A stretch of 64,000 nt of DNA from Wickerhamiella versatilis (lineage: Eukaryota), in the NCBI GenBank assembly GCA_030867685.1, contig JAQOWU010000007.1:310001-374000 (forward strand), in the 5' to 3' direction. Position 1 is the first letter of the stretch; every line of letters begins with the position of its first letter. The notes under the pieces are model-generated. The model was not told the DNA's origin. It worked only from the letters and a program-made list of their open reading frames with translations, and made no database searches. Of this stretch, positions 49,333 to 60,049 are shown piece after piece. Made by a program: the position numbers and the translations under genes.

Positions 49333-50547
49333 CTATTTCTGGCATTGGTGAGCAAACTTACGATGGCTGAATGGCTGGGGGAACATCTCATATTTAATTA
49401 GCCGGCGAAGATCCCATTCAATTGTGCTCTCCGTTTTGTACGACCAGAAAATCCAGCCGTGTCCCGTCTGCTCGAACTTGTCGAGCTGAGCCTCCACGTA
49501 CCTGCGCATGTCGTCCCGTCGTTGGTCAGACCACTCGGATATATCGTCGACTCCTCGACAATACTCCAGCTGGTTGAAAAGCTCGCGGAGAACAGGCGTG
49601 CTGTTGATGGTGTCGCACTGGCTTCGACTCGCCGACCACTCGCCCACGAAGTGCGGCCGCGTATCGTTGGTAAACACCATTTGATCGGAGCACACGCCCT
49701 CAACTGCCTGGGAAATCGGCCCTGGCTCACTGTTCAGAGACGTCTGGTAGTAATGGTAATCGATAGCCACCCGGCTGTCATTCGCAAACCAGGAGTACTT
49801 AGGAGTCAGAAAGAAGTCATTGATGACGGGCGTAATCGATTCTGGCAAGTTCGACACAAGGTATGCGTAGAATTCATAGAGCCGCTTGTCATATTCAGCC
49901 TCGGTTATTCGGTACGCCTGGGAGAACGGCAGGTTTGTCGCGAAGTAGTCGGGGCTTATGGGCTCATTTAACAGCTCCACGGCTGCCACAACGCCATTCC
50001 ACTCTGGCCCTTCGTACCTCTCCGCGATTTGCAGCAAAATCTCCGCAGTCTCGTCCACCGTGGTGCTATTCTCTATCCACGGGGTGCCCGGAATGTCCAA
50101 ATCGTTCCAATTGGCAACCCCTCCGGGTGGGATATGTAAGTCTATCATGGCGTGGATGTTGTATTTCCCGGCCCACTTCAGGGCGCGGTCAAGATACGGC
50201 AGCTGGCCCTGGACAAATGGGTCCCCGGGTTTCTCGAGGAATGCCCAGTACCCCACGGGTATCCGCACAACATTAATGCCCCAGTCATGCATCTTCTTGA
50301 AGTCGTCCTCCTGAATCCAGGTATCCCAATGGTGCTCAAGCAGTTCTTGCGACCTGCTCTTCCCCAAACTCTTGGTGAGGGAGTACTCCGTCTGTCCACT
50401 GGTATTGGCAAATAACGAGGGAACCATATAGCGTTCGAGAACGAACCAGGAGCCGAGGTTCGCACCACGTATCTCGGAGAGACTGAAATTGAACGCAATT
50501 GTTTTGGCTAGTAAGGCTGCCATTGCCATGGCCGAAGCGGATTTCAT
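49333..50547 (-). CDS. Secreted GH5 exo-1,3-beta-glucanase (Exg1-like)
   Basis: 'RGANLGSWFVLE', 'VRIPVGYW', 'IDLH', acid/base 'LNEP', 'DYHYY', nucleophile 'VGEWS', 'GWIFWSYKTE'. Confidence 0.92.
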   Translation of the reverse strand: MKSASAMAMAALLAKTIAFNFSLSEIRGANLGSWFVLERYMVPSLFANTSGQTEYSLTKSLGKSRSQELLEHHWDTWIQEDDFKKMHDWGINVVRIPVGYWAFLEKPGDPFVQGQLPYLDRALKWAGKYNIHAMIDLHIPPGGVANWNDLDIPGTPWIENSTTVDETAEILLQIAERYEGPEWNGVVAAVELLNEPISPDYFATNLPFSQAYRITEAEYDKRLYEFYAYLVSNLPESITPVINDFFLTPKYSWFANDSRVAIDYHYYQTSLNSEPGPISQAVEGVCSDQMVFTNDTRPHFVGEWSASRSQCDTINSTPVLRELFNQLEYCRGVDDISEWSDQRRDDMRRYVEAQLDKFEQTGHGWIFWSYKTESTIEWDLRRLIKYEMFPQPFSHRKFAHQCQK

Positions 50548-50676
50548 TCTATGCCTGTAACAAAAGAAAGCCACCCCCCTTTTACCGGGTCTGTTACCTA
50601 ACTAGGTTCAAAATGGCTGCATCGTGCGACGGTTAATATCAAAATCTATACAGCTATGTGACACAAAACACAATAC

Positions 50677-51504
50677 CTAACTGGAGAAATCTAGAACTTG
50701 GAATTGTACGAGCTCACTTTGCGGGCTAACTGGCTGGTCGTACAGGTTGTAGAAGTCCCCAGACTGCGACCTGTAAAAATCGGTCTGATTGCCGAGTGCC
50801 AGCAGGCCGTTGTAAATAGACCACCCAGCCGCGTAGATCGTGCCCTCTTGGGGTGGTGGGCCGTCGAATTGGAATTGCCTGTTAGCCACAATGGCACCGA
50901 TGCGTCCCTGAGAATCGGTGAGTATCGAATCGTGAAGGGTCATGGCCAAGCTGTTATCATTCTTGCCGGATTTGGGCAATAATTCAGATCCGAGCGCCGT
51001 CGCACCAGCAAGTGTAGTGTGGTGCTGCACCTGCCCATCGCTGATTTGGGCCGCGGCTGGTATCGTGGTCTGATGCTGCACCTGCCCGTCACTGATCTGG
51101 GCTGCTGGTGGAGGTGGTGGCGGGGCAGTTGTCTGGTGCTGGACCTGTCCGTCACTGATTTGGGCCGCTGGTGGAGGTGGTGGTGAGGCGGTTGTCTGGT
51201 GCTGGACCTGTCCGTCACTGATCTGGGCTGCTGGTGGAGGTGGCGGAGTGGCAGTTGTCTGGTGCTGGATCTGTCCGTCACTAATCTGCTCTAGGGGAGC
51301 AGCCGAAGTAGCATGCTCGACCGGTCCTGGTGCCCCTGTCGGAAGTATATGGATTGAAATTCCAAATTGACCGGGGAAGTTCGTGGTAGCATCTGCTGGA
51401 ATAGCTGCCTTAGGAGTCAACGTCTTCCAGGGCTCGGCCGAGGCTGCTGTTGAGGATCCCACGAGGAGGAAAGCCGCAGAAAGAAATGTGTTTGTGTATT
51501 TCAT
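50677..51504 (-). CDS. Pir-family cell wall protein with five internal repeats
   Basis: Signal peptide, 'W.TLTP', 'FGI', 5x QISDGQ(I/V)Q, C-domain '[28 protein letters not shown]'. Confidence 0.95.
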   Translation of the reverse strand: MKYTNTFLSAAFLLVGSSTAASAEPWKTLTPKAAIPADATTNFPGQFGISIHILPTGAPGPVEHATSAAPLEQISDGQIQHQTTATPPPPPAAQISDGQVQHQTTASPPPPPAAQISDGQVQHQTTAPPPPPPAAQISDGQVQHQTTIPAAAQISDGQVQHHTTLAGATALGSELLPKSGKNDNSLAMTLHDSILTDSQGRIGAIVANRQFQFDGPPPQEGTIYAAGWSIYNGLLALGNQTDFYRSQSGDFYNLYDQPVSPQSELVQFQVLDFSS

Positions 51505-51620
51505 GGCCCGGTTAACACGGGAGACTACTGAAGTATTTCTCACATATATAAATGCCTTAGAGTAGATTTGTAATCTCCTAGTACTTGACTTTTCGAGTCT
51601 TAATTTCTTTCAATTACTTC

Positions 51621-53188
51621 TGTGGCTTCGGTTACCAGAATCAGGTTTATTATGTAATGGAATTCGATCCAGCACCAGACGACTGCCTCAACGCCTCGTG
51701 CCGCGTAAGATCAGTGGGTCATCTGCACAGGAATAGGCAGAGGCAGAGGCAGCTACGATTGATTTACCAGTCTCAGGGCGTAAATAATTGGTTCATGACA
51801 AATTGCTAATCTAAGTACTGTTATATAAGCGGGTGATCAGGTTACGGATGCCGAGCCTCTAAAAGCTCGCATTCGCATACAGCAGTAATAACATAACTAT
51901 GTAGGCGGCTTCACCGGGTATGACTAAACCTAAATTGGCAACATCGTACCAGCGGATAAACCGCAATGTGTTTGTGGGTCAATATTACTGTTCTGAGCTT
52001 TCAATGACCCGTTAAATTATTCTCGTCGAGTAAAACCCTCTAGGCCTCGCTATGGCTTTTTAGACTACCGAAATATGTAATGATGTCAGCCGGCAGAGGA
52101 TGGGTAAAAAGTCTAGCCTTTAAAAAGGCTTCAAAGTAATTTACTGTTGTTTCTGAGGATTTCGATGCTGTTTTATGGCAAATCTCCAAAAGAAGGCGGG
52201 CTTAGCCGGTGATCATCCGTTTAGGTAACGATAATATTAGAAATACCACGAATGTCATGAGATCACAAAATAATGGAGGATGAGTATTAGTTGAAACATC
52301 TACAGCAAGAATTACAGCCTCTAGTAAGAATTACAGCCTCTTGTTATTTCCATTTGCCAGTCTCAGCATACACTTCGCATCTTCACTCGAAAATATCATG
52401 TGGCTTCGGTTACCAGAATCAGGCTTATTATGTAATGGAATTCGATCCAGCACCAGACGACTGCCTCAACGCCTCGTGCCACGAATGACCAGTGGGTCAT
52501 CTGCACAAGCATAGGCCTACGATTTGTTTGAGGTACAAAGACACTCAGGGCATAAATACTTGTTTGTCGTGACAAATTGCCAAAATAAGACTTGTTATAT
52601 AATCAGCGATCAGGTGATGAGCACCGAGCCTCGAAACGCTCGCATTCGCATAATAATCTAACTAAGGCCATACCGAAAATGTATCTGGCTTCACCGGCTG
52701 TGACTAAACTAAAATTAGCAACATCCCACTAGCGAATAAACCGCAATGGGTTTATGGGGCCAATATGACTCCTATGAGCTTTCAATACATCTGCTCAATT
52801 ATTTTCCTCGAGGAATACTCTTCTATGCTTCGCTATGGCTTTTGCGAGCCCCCTCCCCCCTCAGATATACCGAGGTCAGCCGACAGCAGAGGCCGTTACA
52901 GATGATCGGCTAAAAGTCAATCCTTCTTAAAAGGCATCAAATTGTTGATCCTTTCGATGCCGTTTCACGACAAAGCCCCAAGAAAAGGCGGGCTTAGCAA
53001 GGTGATCGTCCGTTTAGGTAACGATAATATTAGAAATACCGCGACCGTTAGGAAATCACAAAATAGAGGCAAGTCTGAAGGACGACTATATAGTTAAAAA
53101 AAAATTCTTAGCGAGAATTAAAGTCTCTTGCTACTTCGATTTGCCAGTTTTATCGGCAGATACTTCACATCGTCAGTAGAAAATATCA
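51621..53188. repeat. Diverged non-coding tandem duplication, two units of ~780-790 bp (51621-52398, 52399-53188)
   Basis: Both units start TGTGGCTTCGGTTACCAGAATCAGG...CCTCAACGCCTCGTGCC. They share colinear blocks CTCGCATTCGCATA, GGCTTCACCGG, ATAAACCGCAATG and AAGGCGGGCTTAGC..GGTGATC.TCCGTTTAGGTAACGATAATATTAGAAATACC, and both end GAAAATATCA. Confidence 0.9.
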
Positions 53189-53310
53189 TCTGGCGGCGAT
53201 CGACCCCACTTCGCTTATGACATCATGTGAAATGCATATTTATGATGCCGTGCATAAGTCCGGAAGTCCATATATAGCGTAGATTATCCGAAATACCTCC
53301 TCCATAGGAA

Positions 53311-54918
53311 ATGTACCAAGTAATCTCCCTCATTGCTGCCGCCTCAGCCCTCACGGTTGTGCCCCAGTTGTTCCAACTCGAAGGAGAATCTGACGTTTCC
53401 AACGTAAGATTATGGTGGACGCAAGTGAACGGTGCGAGTCACTATGTCGTCACGGAAAACAATGGAGGCTCTGTTGCTAATGTGACCGGTGACACAACTG
53501 ACATTTATGGACTTAACGGAGATACTAAATTCTCGGTGGCTGCATACTCTGGGTCGTCAAAAATTGACTCCTCCAGTGATGTGGATGTCTCACCATATAC
53601 TCCAAGTGGACAATGGTCAGAGTACTCCAACTTCAAGCCCTCTACGCTCAACACCAAGTCCCAGTTCCAACAAAATGGAGTCTACTATACATATGCCCAA
53701 GAGCAGGACGAGGCCGGTAAGCCTTACATTGTATCCCAAACGTCCACAGACGGTTACAACTTCGGCAACAAGACCACTGTTCTAGATTCGGACTCGCTAT
53801 GCCAATCCACGGGTGGTAAATGCAATGTGGAGCGCGCACTATTTTTATGGAATCCCGTCACGGAACGTGTGGTGTTCTGGGGCCACTACGAAAATGCAGA
53901 AAGTTATACTCTGGCCGAGGTTGTTTCCGCTGACGGTAAATTGGGCGAAAACTTGACATATCATGAAGCGTCGCGTCCCTTGGGTCATGATTCACGAGAC
54001 TTCTCTGTATTTGCCGATGGGGACTCCGCCTATATGATGTCGGCTACTGATACCAACACAAACATGAACATATATAGTCTAACCTCGAACTGGACGGCAG
54101 TGGACTCGCTGGTAACCACTGTGTACAAGAAGGAATATCGCGAAGCACCATCCATGATCAAGCATAACGGAACATACTTCTTATTCACATCCCGAGCATC
54201 GGGATGGTATCCTTCTGTGCCGAAATACATCACCGCGACGTCCATTCAGGGGCCGTGGTCGGAGTCCAAGGTTATAGGCAACACGGCAACATTCTGTTCG
54301 CAATCGGGCACTGTTCGTAAAGTCGGAAACGAATATGTGATGCTTCCCGACCGGTACAGCGCCAATTGGCAGCCAGCACAGCCGCCTAACCGGGAGCTCG
54401 CATTGCCAATCTCCTTCTCGGGCGATAGCGCTACTTTCAATTTCTATCCCACGGTTAAATATCAGGACGGTCAGGGTGTTTACGGGGTCAAGAGTGGTAA
54501 ATTGCTGTCCCAGGACAAGAATATCACTGGATCTGAGGGAAGCGACATTCAGCAGGCAGTCGCTGGTACGCAGGATAATTCATCCCTTTTCTATCAGCCC
54601 AACAGCGTGCCATTCTGGCTCGAAGTAGATCTGGGGCAACCTCATAAGCTCTCGCAGATTGACCTGGCCACAATAATGACTCAAGGTTCCGAGACGTACT
54701 ACCAGTACAACATTACGGGCAGTAGTGACGGCTCAACATATCAGCTTGTTGCAGATAGGTCGCAAAATGAAGATGTGGGCTTTACATCTACCCCGATCAA
54801 CTCCACCGACTCATACCGCTATGTCCGTCTTAACGTAGACACTGTTGTTAACACCCACAACCAGCATCCTGTCAACTTCGGTCTCGGGGTTGAACTTATC
54901 GAAATTTATGGGTCATGA
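53311..54918 (+). CDS. Secreted GH43 (exo-beta-1,3-galactanase-like) glycoside hydrolase with C-terminal F5/8 (discoidin/CBM32-like) domain
   Basis: Signal peptide; 'VER', 'W.H.EN...Y', 'RPLGHDSRD', 'REAP', 'SGW.P', 'SQ'; C-terminal 'WLEVDLG', 'YRYVRL'. Confidence 0.8.
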   Translation: MYQVISLIAAASALTVVPQLFQLEGESDVSNVRLWWTQVNGASHYVVTENNGGSVANVTGDTTDIYGLNGDTKFSVAAYSGSSKIDSSSDVDVSPYTPSGQWSEYSNFKPSTLNTKSQFQQNGVYYTYAQEQDEAGKPYIVSQTSTDGYNFGNKTTVLDSDSLCQSTGGKCNVERALFLWNPVTERVVFWGHYENAESYTLAEVVSADGKLGENLTYHEASRPLGHDSRDFSVFADGDSAYMMSATDTNTNMNIYSLTSNWTAVDSLVTTVYKKEYREAPSMIKHNGTYFLFTSRASGWYPSVPKYITATSIQGPWSESKVIGNTATFCSQSGTVRKVGNEYVMLPDRYSANWQPAQPPNRELALPISFSGDSATFNFYPTVKYQDGQGVYGVKSGKLLSQDKNITGSEGSDIQQAVAGTQDNSSLFYQPNSVPFWLEVDLGQPHKLSQIDLATIMTQGSETYYQYNITGSSDGSTYQLVADRSQNEDVGFTSTPINSTDSYRYVRLNVDTVVNTHNQHPVNFGLGVELIEIYGS

Positions 54919-55035
54919 ATTCATTAGAACTAGCAAATGTATTTAAAATGATGTTTTGCGATATCATACTTCATGATGTCTTAAATTCATAGTGTCTTGC
55001 TTGCACTTGCTGTTACTGGATCATTCAGGCCTCTA

Positions 55036-56682
55036 TCAAACGGAATCACCGAATTTCTCATCTTTGTGCATCAGGATCTTATTTGTTAACACTTGAAAGT
55101 CACTCTTTGTATTGTCCGAACGATCATAGGCATTGCACTCCAGCGCTCGCTGTCGGGCAGCTCTGGCTTGCATCTCGACCTTCCCGCTCTTTACCTCGTG
55201 GTGATGCACCAGCCACAGGATGATAGCACATACAATTCCGATACCGAAGAACATAATTGCTATGTAGTACCCATACTCGTATTGCGGCGCCTGCTTCCCA
55301 TTGGCGTATTTTCCGCTTGGGTATAGTAAGAGGGGCACCCATGCCTTAAAAGCAAACCCTAGAGCATTCATCACGCCTATAACAAACATCTTCTGTTCAG
55401 GTGAATTTCGAAATATGTCCATGGCATATACTTGCCACATGCCATTTTCAGGCGGTGCGGCTGAAAGCAAGAACCATCCAGCAAATCCTATGGGTCTCTC
55501 GTGGAAACCTCTAGCATTGGCCACGGCGAGAAGTATTTCTGCGATAACGGCAATTGACAGACCGCCCACAATAACCGGAGGTCTGCACTTCAGATAATCT
55601 GAGATCCACCCGTATGCCAGAGCAAACACGATCTCTAGCGCGTTACCCCCCGTGGGAATGTCATTAGCGTCATCCGAGGATGTCTTGAGAATGTTTTTGA
55701 GCCACAGGCTAAAGTAACTAAACATAGCCACGCCCAGTATTTGGCACATGAATGCAACCGTGAACACATATATCTTGACATCCTTAAACAGCTCGAAGAG
55801 GGCCTTCAGGCTGAACTTGGTTTCCGGGATAATGTCATCCTCCTTTAACCGTCTGACGGCAAGCTCCTTTTCCTCATCCGTCAAGAACCATGCTTTGGGG
55901 CTTGTGGGAGTGTTGGGAATCACAAGGATACCCAGAATAAGGGGCGCGAGCGTCAAGACGAAATCAAATATAAATAACCAGCGCCATGGGGCAAGCCCCT
56001 GTCCAACACTACCCCTCATACCGTGAGACAGTCCTGTCTGTAGGTATCCAGAAAACATTGACGCGATGTAAATGGAGCACTCAAAAATCGTGGCCCGCTT
56101 GGCCAGCTCATCCCGTTTATACCATTGACCCATCATTGAAAGCACCCCATTATATGCTGTAGTCTCAAACACCCCAATCAAAAATCTCATTGCCCAGATT
56201 AATTTCGGACTTTTAGCACCTGCCATTGCACACACCCATACTCCCCACATAAGGTCACAGAAAGGAAGAAACCAGCGACGATTAACTCGAGGCATGATCA
56301 TTTGAGAGGGTATCATGAAAACACAGTATCCAATGTTGAAAAACGTATTAAGTGCCAAGTTGTAATCGTTCCCTTTGAAGTTTAGATCCTCCTTCATTCC
56401 GCTAACGTAGGCATTGGACAAGTTAGTGGTATCCAGTGTGCGCATGAAGTATGCTAGACAGCTATAAGATAGAATACACGCATCGATTTTGAAAAGCAGC
56501 TTTTTCTCTGCTGGCGGCTTATCCAATGTATCCCAGATGATTGGGCGTATTCGCTGCCACAGGGTCTTTGGCTGTTGAGGTACTGGAGCCTCGTCAGATT
56601 TAATGCCATCGCTTAAATCTTCACGAGATTCTGAAGTTCTCACATGAACGTTCTTCTCCGATTCCTTCTCTTCTAACGACAT
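55036..56682 (-). CDS. MFS anion:cation symporter (Fen2/Seo1/Liz1-like)
   Basis: 'KID..ILSY.CL.YF...LD..N..NAYVSGMKEDL', 'WY...ELAKR', 'WRWLF'; ATG at 56682. Confidence 0.9.
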   Translation of the reverse strand: MSLEEKESEKNVHVRTSESREDLSDGIKSDEAPVPQQPKTLWQRIRPIIWDTLDKPPAEKKLLFKIDACILSYSCLAYFMRTLDTTNLSNAYVSGMKEDLNFKGNDYNLALNTFFNIGYCVFMIPSQMIMPRVNRRWFLPFCDLMWGVWVCAMAGAKSPKLIWAMRFLIGVFETTAYNGVLSMMGQWYKRDELAKRATIFECSIYIASMFSGYLQTGLSHGMRGSVGQGLAPWRWLFIFDFVLTLAPLILGILVIPNTPTSPKAWFLTDEEKELAVRRLKEDDIIPETKFSLKALFELFKDVKIYVFTVAFMCQILGVAMFSYFSLWLKNILKTSSDDANDIPTGGNALEIVFALAYGWISDYLKCRPPVIVGGLSIAVIAEILLAVANARGFHERPIGFAGWFLLSAAPPENGMWQVYAMDIFRNSPEQKMFVIGVMNALGFAFKAWVPLLLYPSGKYANGKQAPQYEYGYYIAIMFFGIGIVCAIILWLVHHHEVKSGKVEMQARAARQRALECNAYDRSDNTKSDFQVLTNKILMHKDEKFGDSV

Positions 56683-57161
56683 ACGTTTTGCCTCACCGTC
56701 GTCGTAATAAAAGAAAGGTCTTGTTTCACAGCATTGGTGATTAATAATGGCTTCGGGGGAAGCGGTTTTTGTCACATGCGTTATCTGGGGCCGCGATTCC
56801 GCGATTCGGCTCTGAGTAATTATTGACAGACTCAGAGTGAGAAGAAATGGACAATTACATGTAATGAATTGGCCCACCTTGTTTTATAATGGTCGGTCAG
56901 CGTTGCCCTTTCCAAAATACACCCGTTAGCTTTGGGGGGTTCGATTTAAGTTATCATGCACATGCGCACTGCAACCCCTGAAAAAAATCGGGTTCCTTTG
57001 ACCGTTTGGGTATCTGAAAAGAGGGTGCCCATAATCCGAATCTTTCGTAATTTGCGAAGTCGCATTTTCTCCGTATTGTATTTATTACCTGGTGACTAAC
57101 ATTCTCAAGGAACCCCGCATTACGTTGCATTACGATACCTGAAAAGAACTTGGCAAAAGCT

Positions 57162-58115
57162 ATGAGCATTATCCCCGGCGGAATATATGCACCTGTCCTC
57201 TCATTCTTTCATGACTCTGTTGATGAGGCAATAGATGTGTCTACTGCGGCACAACATGTCATTCGCCTAGCGAATGCTGGTCTAGCAGGCGTAGTTTTGC
57301 ACGGGTCAACTGGTGAACCAGTGCATCTGACCCCTACCGAGCGCTCGTCTTTTATTAGAGCCTGTAGAGTGGCCCTTGATTCTCAAAATTTCGGTGACTT
57401 TAAAATTATTGCAGGATGTGGTTGCCAGAGCTATAACGAAACGCTTTCTTTGATTCGCGATTCTGCAGCCGCGGGCGCTGATGCTGCAATAGTATTACCA
57501 CCTGGATACTATGCAGACCAAATGTCGAATGACGATGTTGTCATACCATATTTCCGTCGGCTTGCGACGGAGTCGCCGGTGCCAATACTACTCTACAATT
57601 TCCCCGGCGTCACGAATGGGGTTGACTTGTCTGCTCAGACTTTAGTGAAGCTAAGCAGCCATCCTAATATTGTTGGCTGTAAGCTTGCCTGTGGTGATGT
57701 TGGTAAAATGACTTTTCTCTCCGAGTATGCAGGTAACCTTCGCCCTGCGACGGGTGACTTCAAGGTTTTCGCTGGAAGCACTGACTTTGCTGTTGCAGCA
57801 TATGCGGCTGGTGCAGCTGGTGCCATAACCACGATCGCTAACTTGTTTCCTTATACGATAGTAGCCCTTTGGAAGGCTCTGGGGGCTGGTAACCTCTCCA
57901 GAGCTAGAAGATTACAAGCAATTGTAACCCGTGCAGAAATTTCTATCAATGCTGGGTTCATACCTGCTACTCGGGCCGTCTTGAGATATACTTCAGGCTA
58001 TGGTGGGAAGTCTCGTTCTCCCCTCTTCGAGATACCTGATGACTCCTTGGCGAGCGACACCTCAGAAATTCTGAATCTGGAGAAAACCCTTGCTAGCGGG
58101 CGTTCAGCTCTATGA
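57162..58115 (+). CDS. Dihydrodipicolinate synthase-family class I aldolase
   Basis: 'GSTGE', 'LYNFPGV', Schiff-base Lys in 'HPNIVGCKL'; ATG at 57162. Confidence 0.9.
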   Translation: MSIIPGGIYAPVLSFFHDSVDEAIDVSTAAQHVIRLANAGLAGVVLHGSTGEPVHLTPTERSSFIRACRVALDSQNFGDFKIIAGCGCQSYNETLSLIRDSAAAGADAAIVLPPGYYADQMSNDDVVIPYFRRLATESPVPILLYNFPGVTNGVDLSAQTLVKLSSHPNIVGCKLACGDVGKMTFLSEYAGNLRPATGDFKVFAGSTDFAVAAYAAGAAGAITTIANLFPYTIVALWKALGAGNLSRARRLQAIVTRAEISINAGFIPATRAVLRYTSGYGGKSRSPLFEIPDDSLASDTSEILNLEKTLASGRSAL

Positions 58116-58894
58116 ATTCCCTTCTTAGTTTGCATTCAACTTATTGCTAGGATAGCTAGTTTGTATTTCGTACCTCTAATGCTGGTAAACGCCCTTCATA
58201 TGATTTATTGTTTATCCTTCTTCCCACTGGAGGGTTCTCACGTGAGTGTATGTGAAGCCATCTCGTAGAGTGTGTATCTGACGTCAAAATAGGTAGTGTA
58301 CATGGAATGGGTCTAGTCGATCGGCCTATTCAATATTTGGCCTCGTCACGTGGATGCAAGATGGATGGAGTTACAAAATTATGCAGTCTAATTTGACATT
58401 ATAGTAATGGAAGTACAATCCAGAAATCCTCCCTAAAAAAGACATTTCAAAGGGTAGCCTAAACAGATAATAACTACTAGTATACACACATATAACACAA
58501 TCTGGTTGCTTTAATGGCATATGTAGTCACAGCGCATAGGATACACTCGGACAAAGGTGAGAACAATAGCATACTAACTAATAATCAATAAATCAATAAA
58601 TCAATAACTAAATACACGATTCAAACAAAGGAGAGCTCACGAGAGAGACTGCCCACCCAACTCATTTGAATTTGAAAATCGTACCAGGATTAACCCTAAA
58701 CACCATACAATGCGAAATACGAATTACGAGACACGTGAGCCAAGGGTACAACAAACATTTTATAATGATACAAAAAAAACTTTACAGTACAGATTAATTA
58801 GGATATTTCTGACCGATTAAGATGCTAATAATGTTCTATTAACAATTAAGAAAAAAGAAAAAACTGCCACTCATCTCTTGATACCAAAAGGCAC

Positions 58895-59218
58895 TTAGAT
58901 CAAGTAAGCAACAGCGGCGGCGACACCAGCGGCGGCGGCAGCGCCCTTGGCGGCGGCACCGTTGGCCTCAGCAGGAGCGGAGGTTGGGACGGTGCTGTTG
59001 GCAGCAGAGGCAGCAGCGCTGGTTGGGGCGCTGGACTTGGTGCAGTCGCAGTCCTCAATGCTCAAGGTGGTGGCCTCAGTGACAGTGTAGGTACCAGTGC
59101 CGTGAGTGAAGGTGGTTGGGGATGGGCAGTAAGTGGTGAAGTAGGTCTTCTCAGCGGTGACGGTAGAGTTAGACCAGGCGTAAGCACCAGTAAGAACAGC
59201 AAGAGCGAGGGCGTACAT
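58895..59218 (-). CDS. Small GPI-anchored cell wall protein (Ccw12/Sed1/CCG-6-like)
   Basis: Signal peptide; 'FTTYCPSPTTFTHG..TYTVTEATTL.I.DC.CT'; hydrophobic GPI tail after 'ANGAA'; strongly biased codons. Confidence 0.88.
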   Translation of the reverse strand: MYALALAVLTGAYAWSNSTVTAEKTYFTTYCPSPTTFTHGTGTYTVTEATTLSIEDCDCTKSSAPTSAAASAANSTVPTSAPAEANGAAAKGAAAAAGVAAAVAYLI

Positions 59219-60049
59219 TAGAATTCGAGTTAGTAGAGAGTGATCTGGGTGGTGGCCTAGGTATATATAGGCAATCATGCATGCAAGCTTCCATTCCGCA
59301 CATGCGGAATGTACATCGTACATAAAAACATGCGCCGTTAACCTAACCCACCAGGCATTTCTTTGCCGTCTATAATTTCAAGTTTCTATGATGGTGGTAA
59401 GTGATCTGAGAGTCAATCGAACGCAGTAACAAATTCACACCACTTTCTACCTTTTTTCCGCTTTCACCGCCGAAAATACGGGATAGAAAAAATACGACAT
59501 GACTCATCGTGATACCCGGGCAACCGGGGTGAATTCGGTCATAGTTCTAGAGTGAACCTCTGTCAGAGATAATTGGCATATCAGCTAGAAAGTTAATTAT
59601 ACGAGTTAAACTAATCCATAAAATAATAACTGGAAATTTTGAATAGACCTCTGCGTGGATTGCTAGGACAAAAAATCAAGACATTGACGCATTAATAATA
59701 CTGCACTGAGTCGTAAAGAATGTGCTTTCTTTATGCTTCTTTGAGTGTCCTAGTGTCAGCTACACTGCTTATTCTAGGTAGGAAGTGAATAAGAAGTGGC
59801 CGGTCATGAATATAGACTAGAGTATACCCAAATAATGAATACGAATGACCGAAATGCCACATTTACAGACCAAACATGTCATTGTTTACTGTGGGTATGG
59901 GTATACCAGGTGTTCCTATAATCCCTATGTGGATGTACCCTTGCATAAAGCTATCTATTTTTGAGCACAAAAAGTAGGACAGATGCGAAAAACCTGCATC
60001 CATCTGCGAAAAAAAAGCATATGTGTCAGCTTTGTATCCTAAAGAGGTA

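Noticed and set aside
49398-50498. Several overlapping antisense or alternate-frame ORFs of 100-170 aa
   Set aside because: Shadow ORFs of the GC-rich glucanase gene with no independent motifs.
51020-51290. Regularly spaced repeats resembling a CRISPR array
   Set aside because: They are in-frame Pir coding repeats in a eukaryotic gene; the spacers are similar to one another and there are no cas genes.
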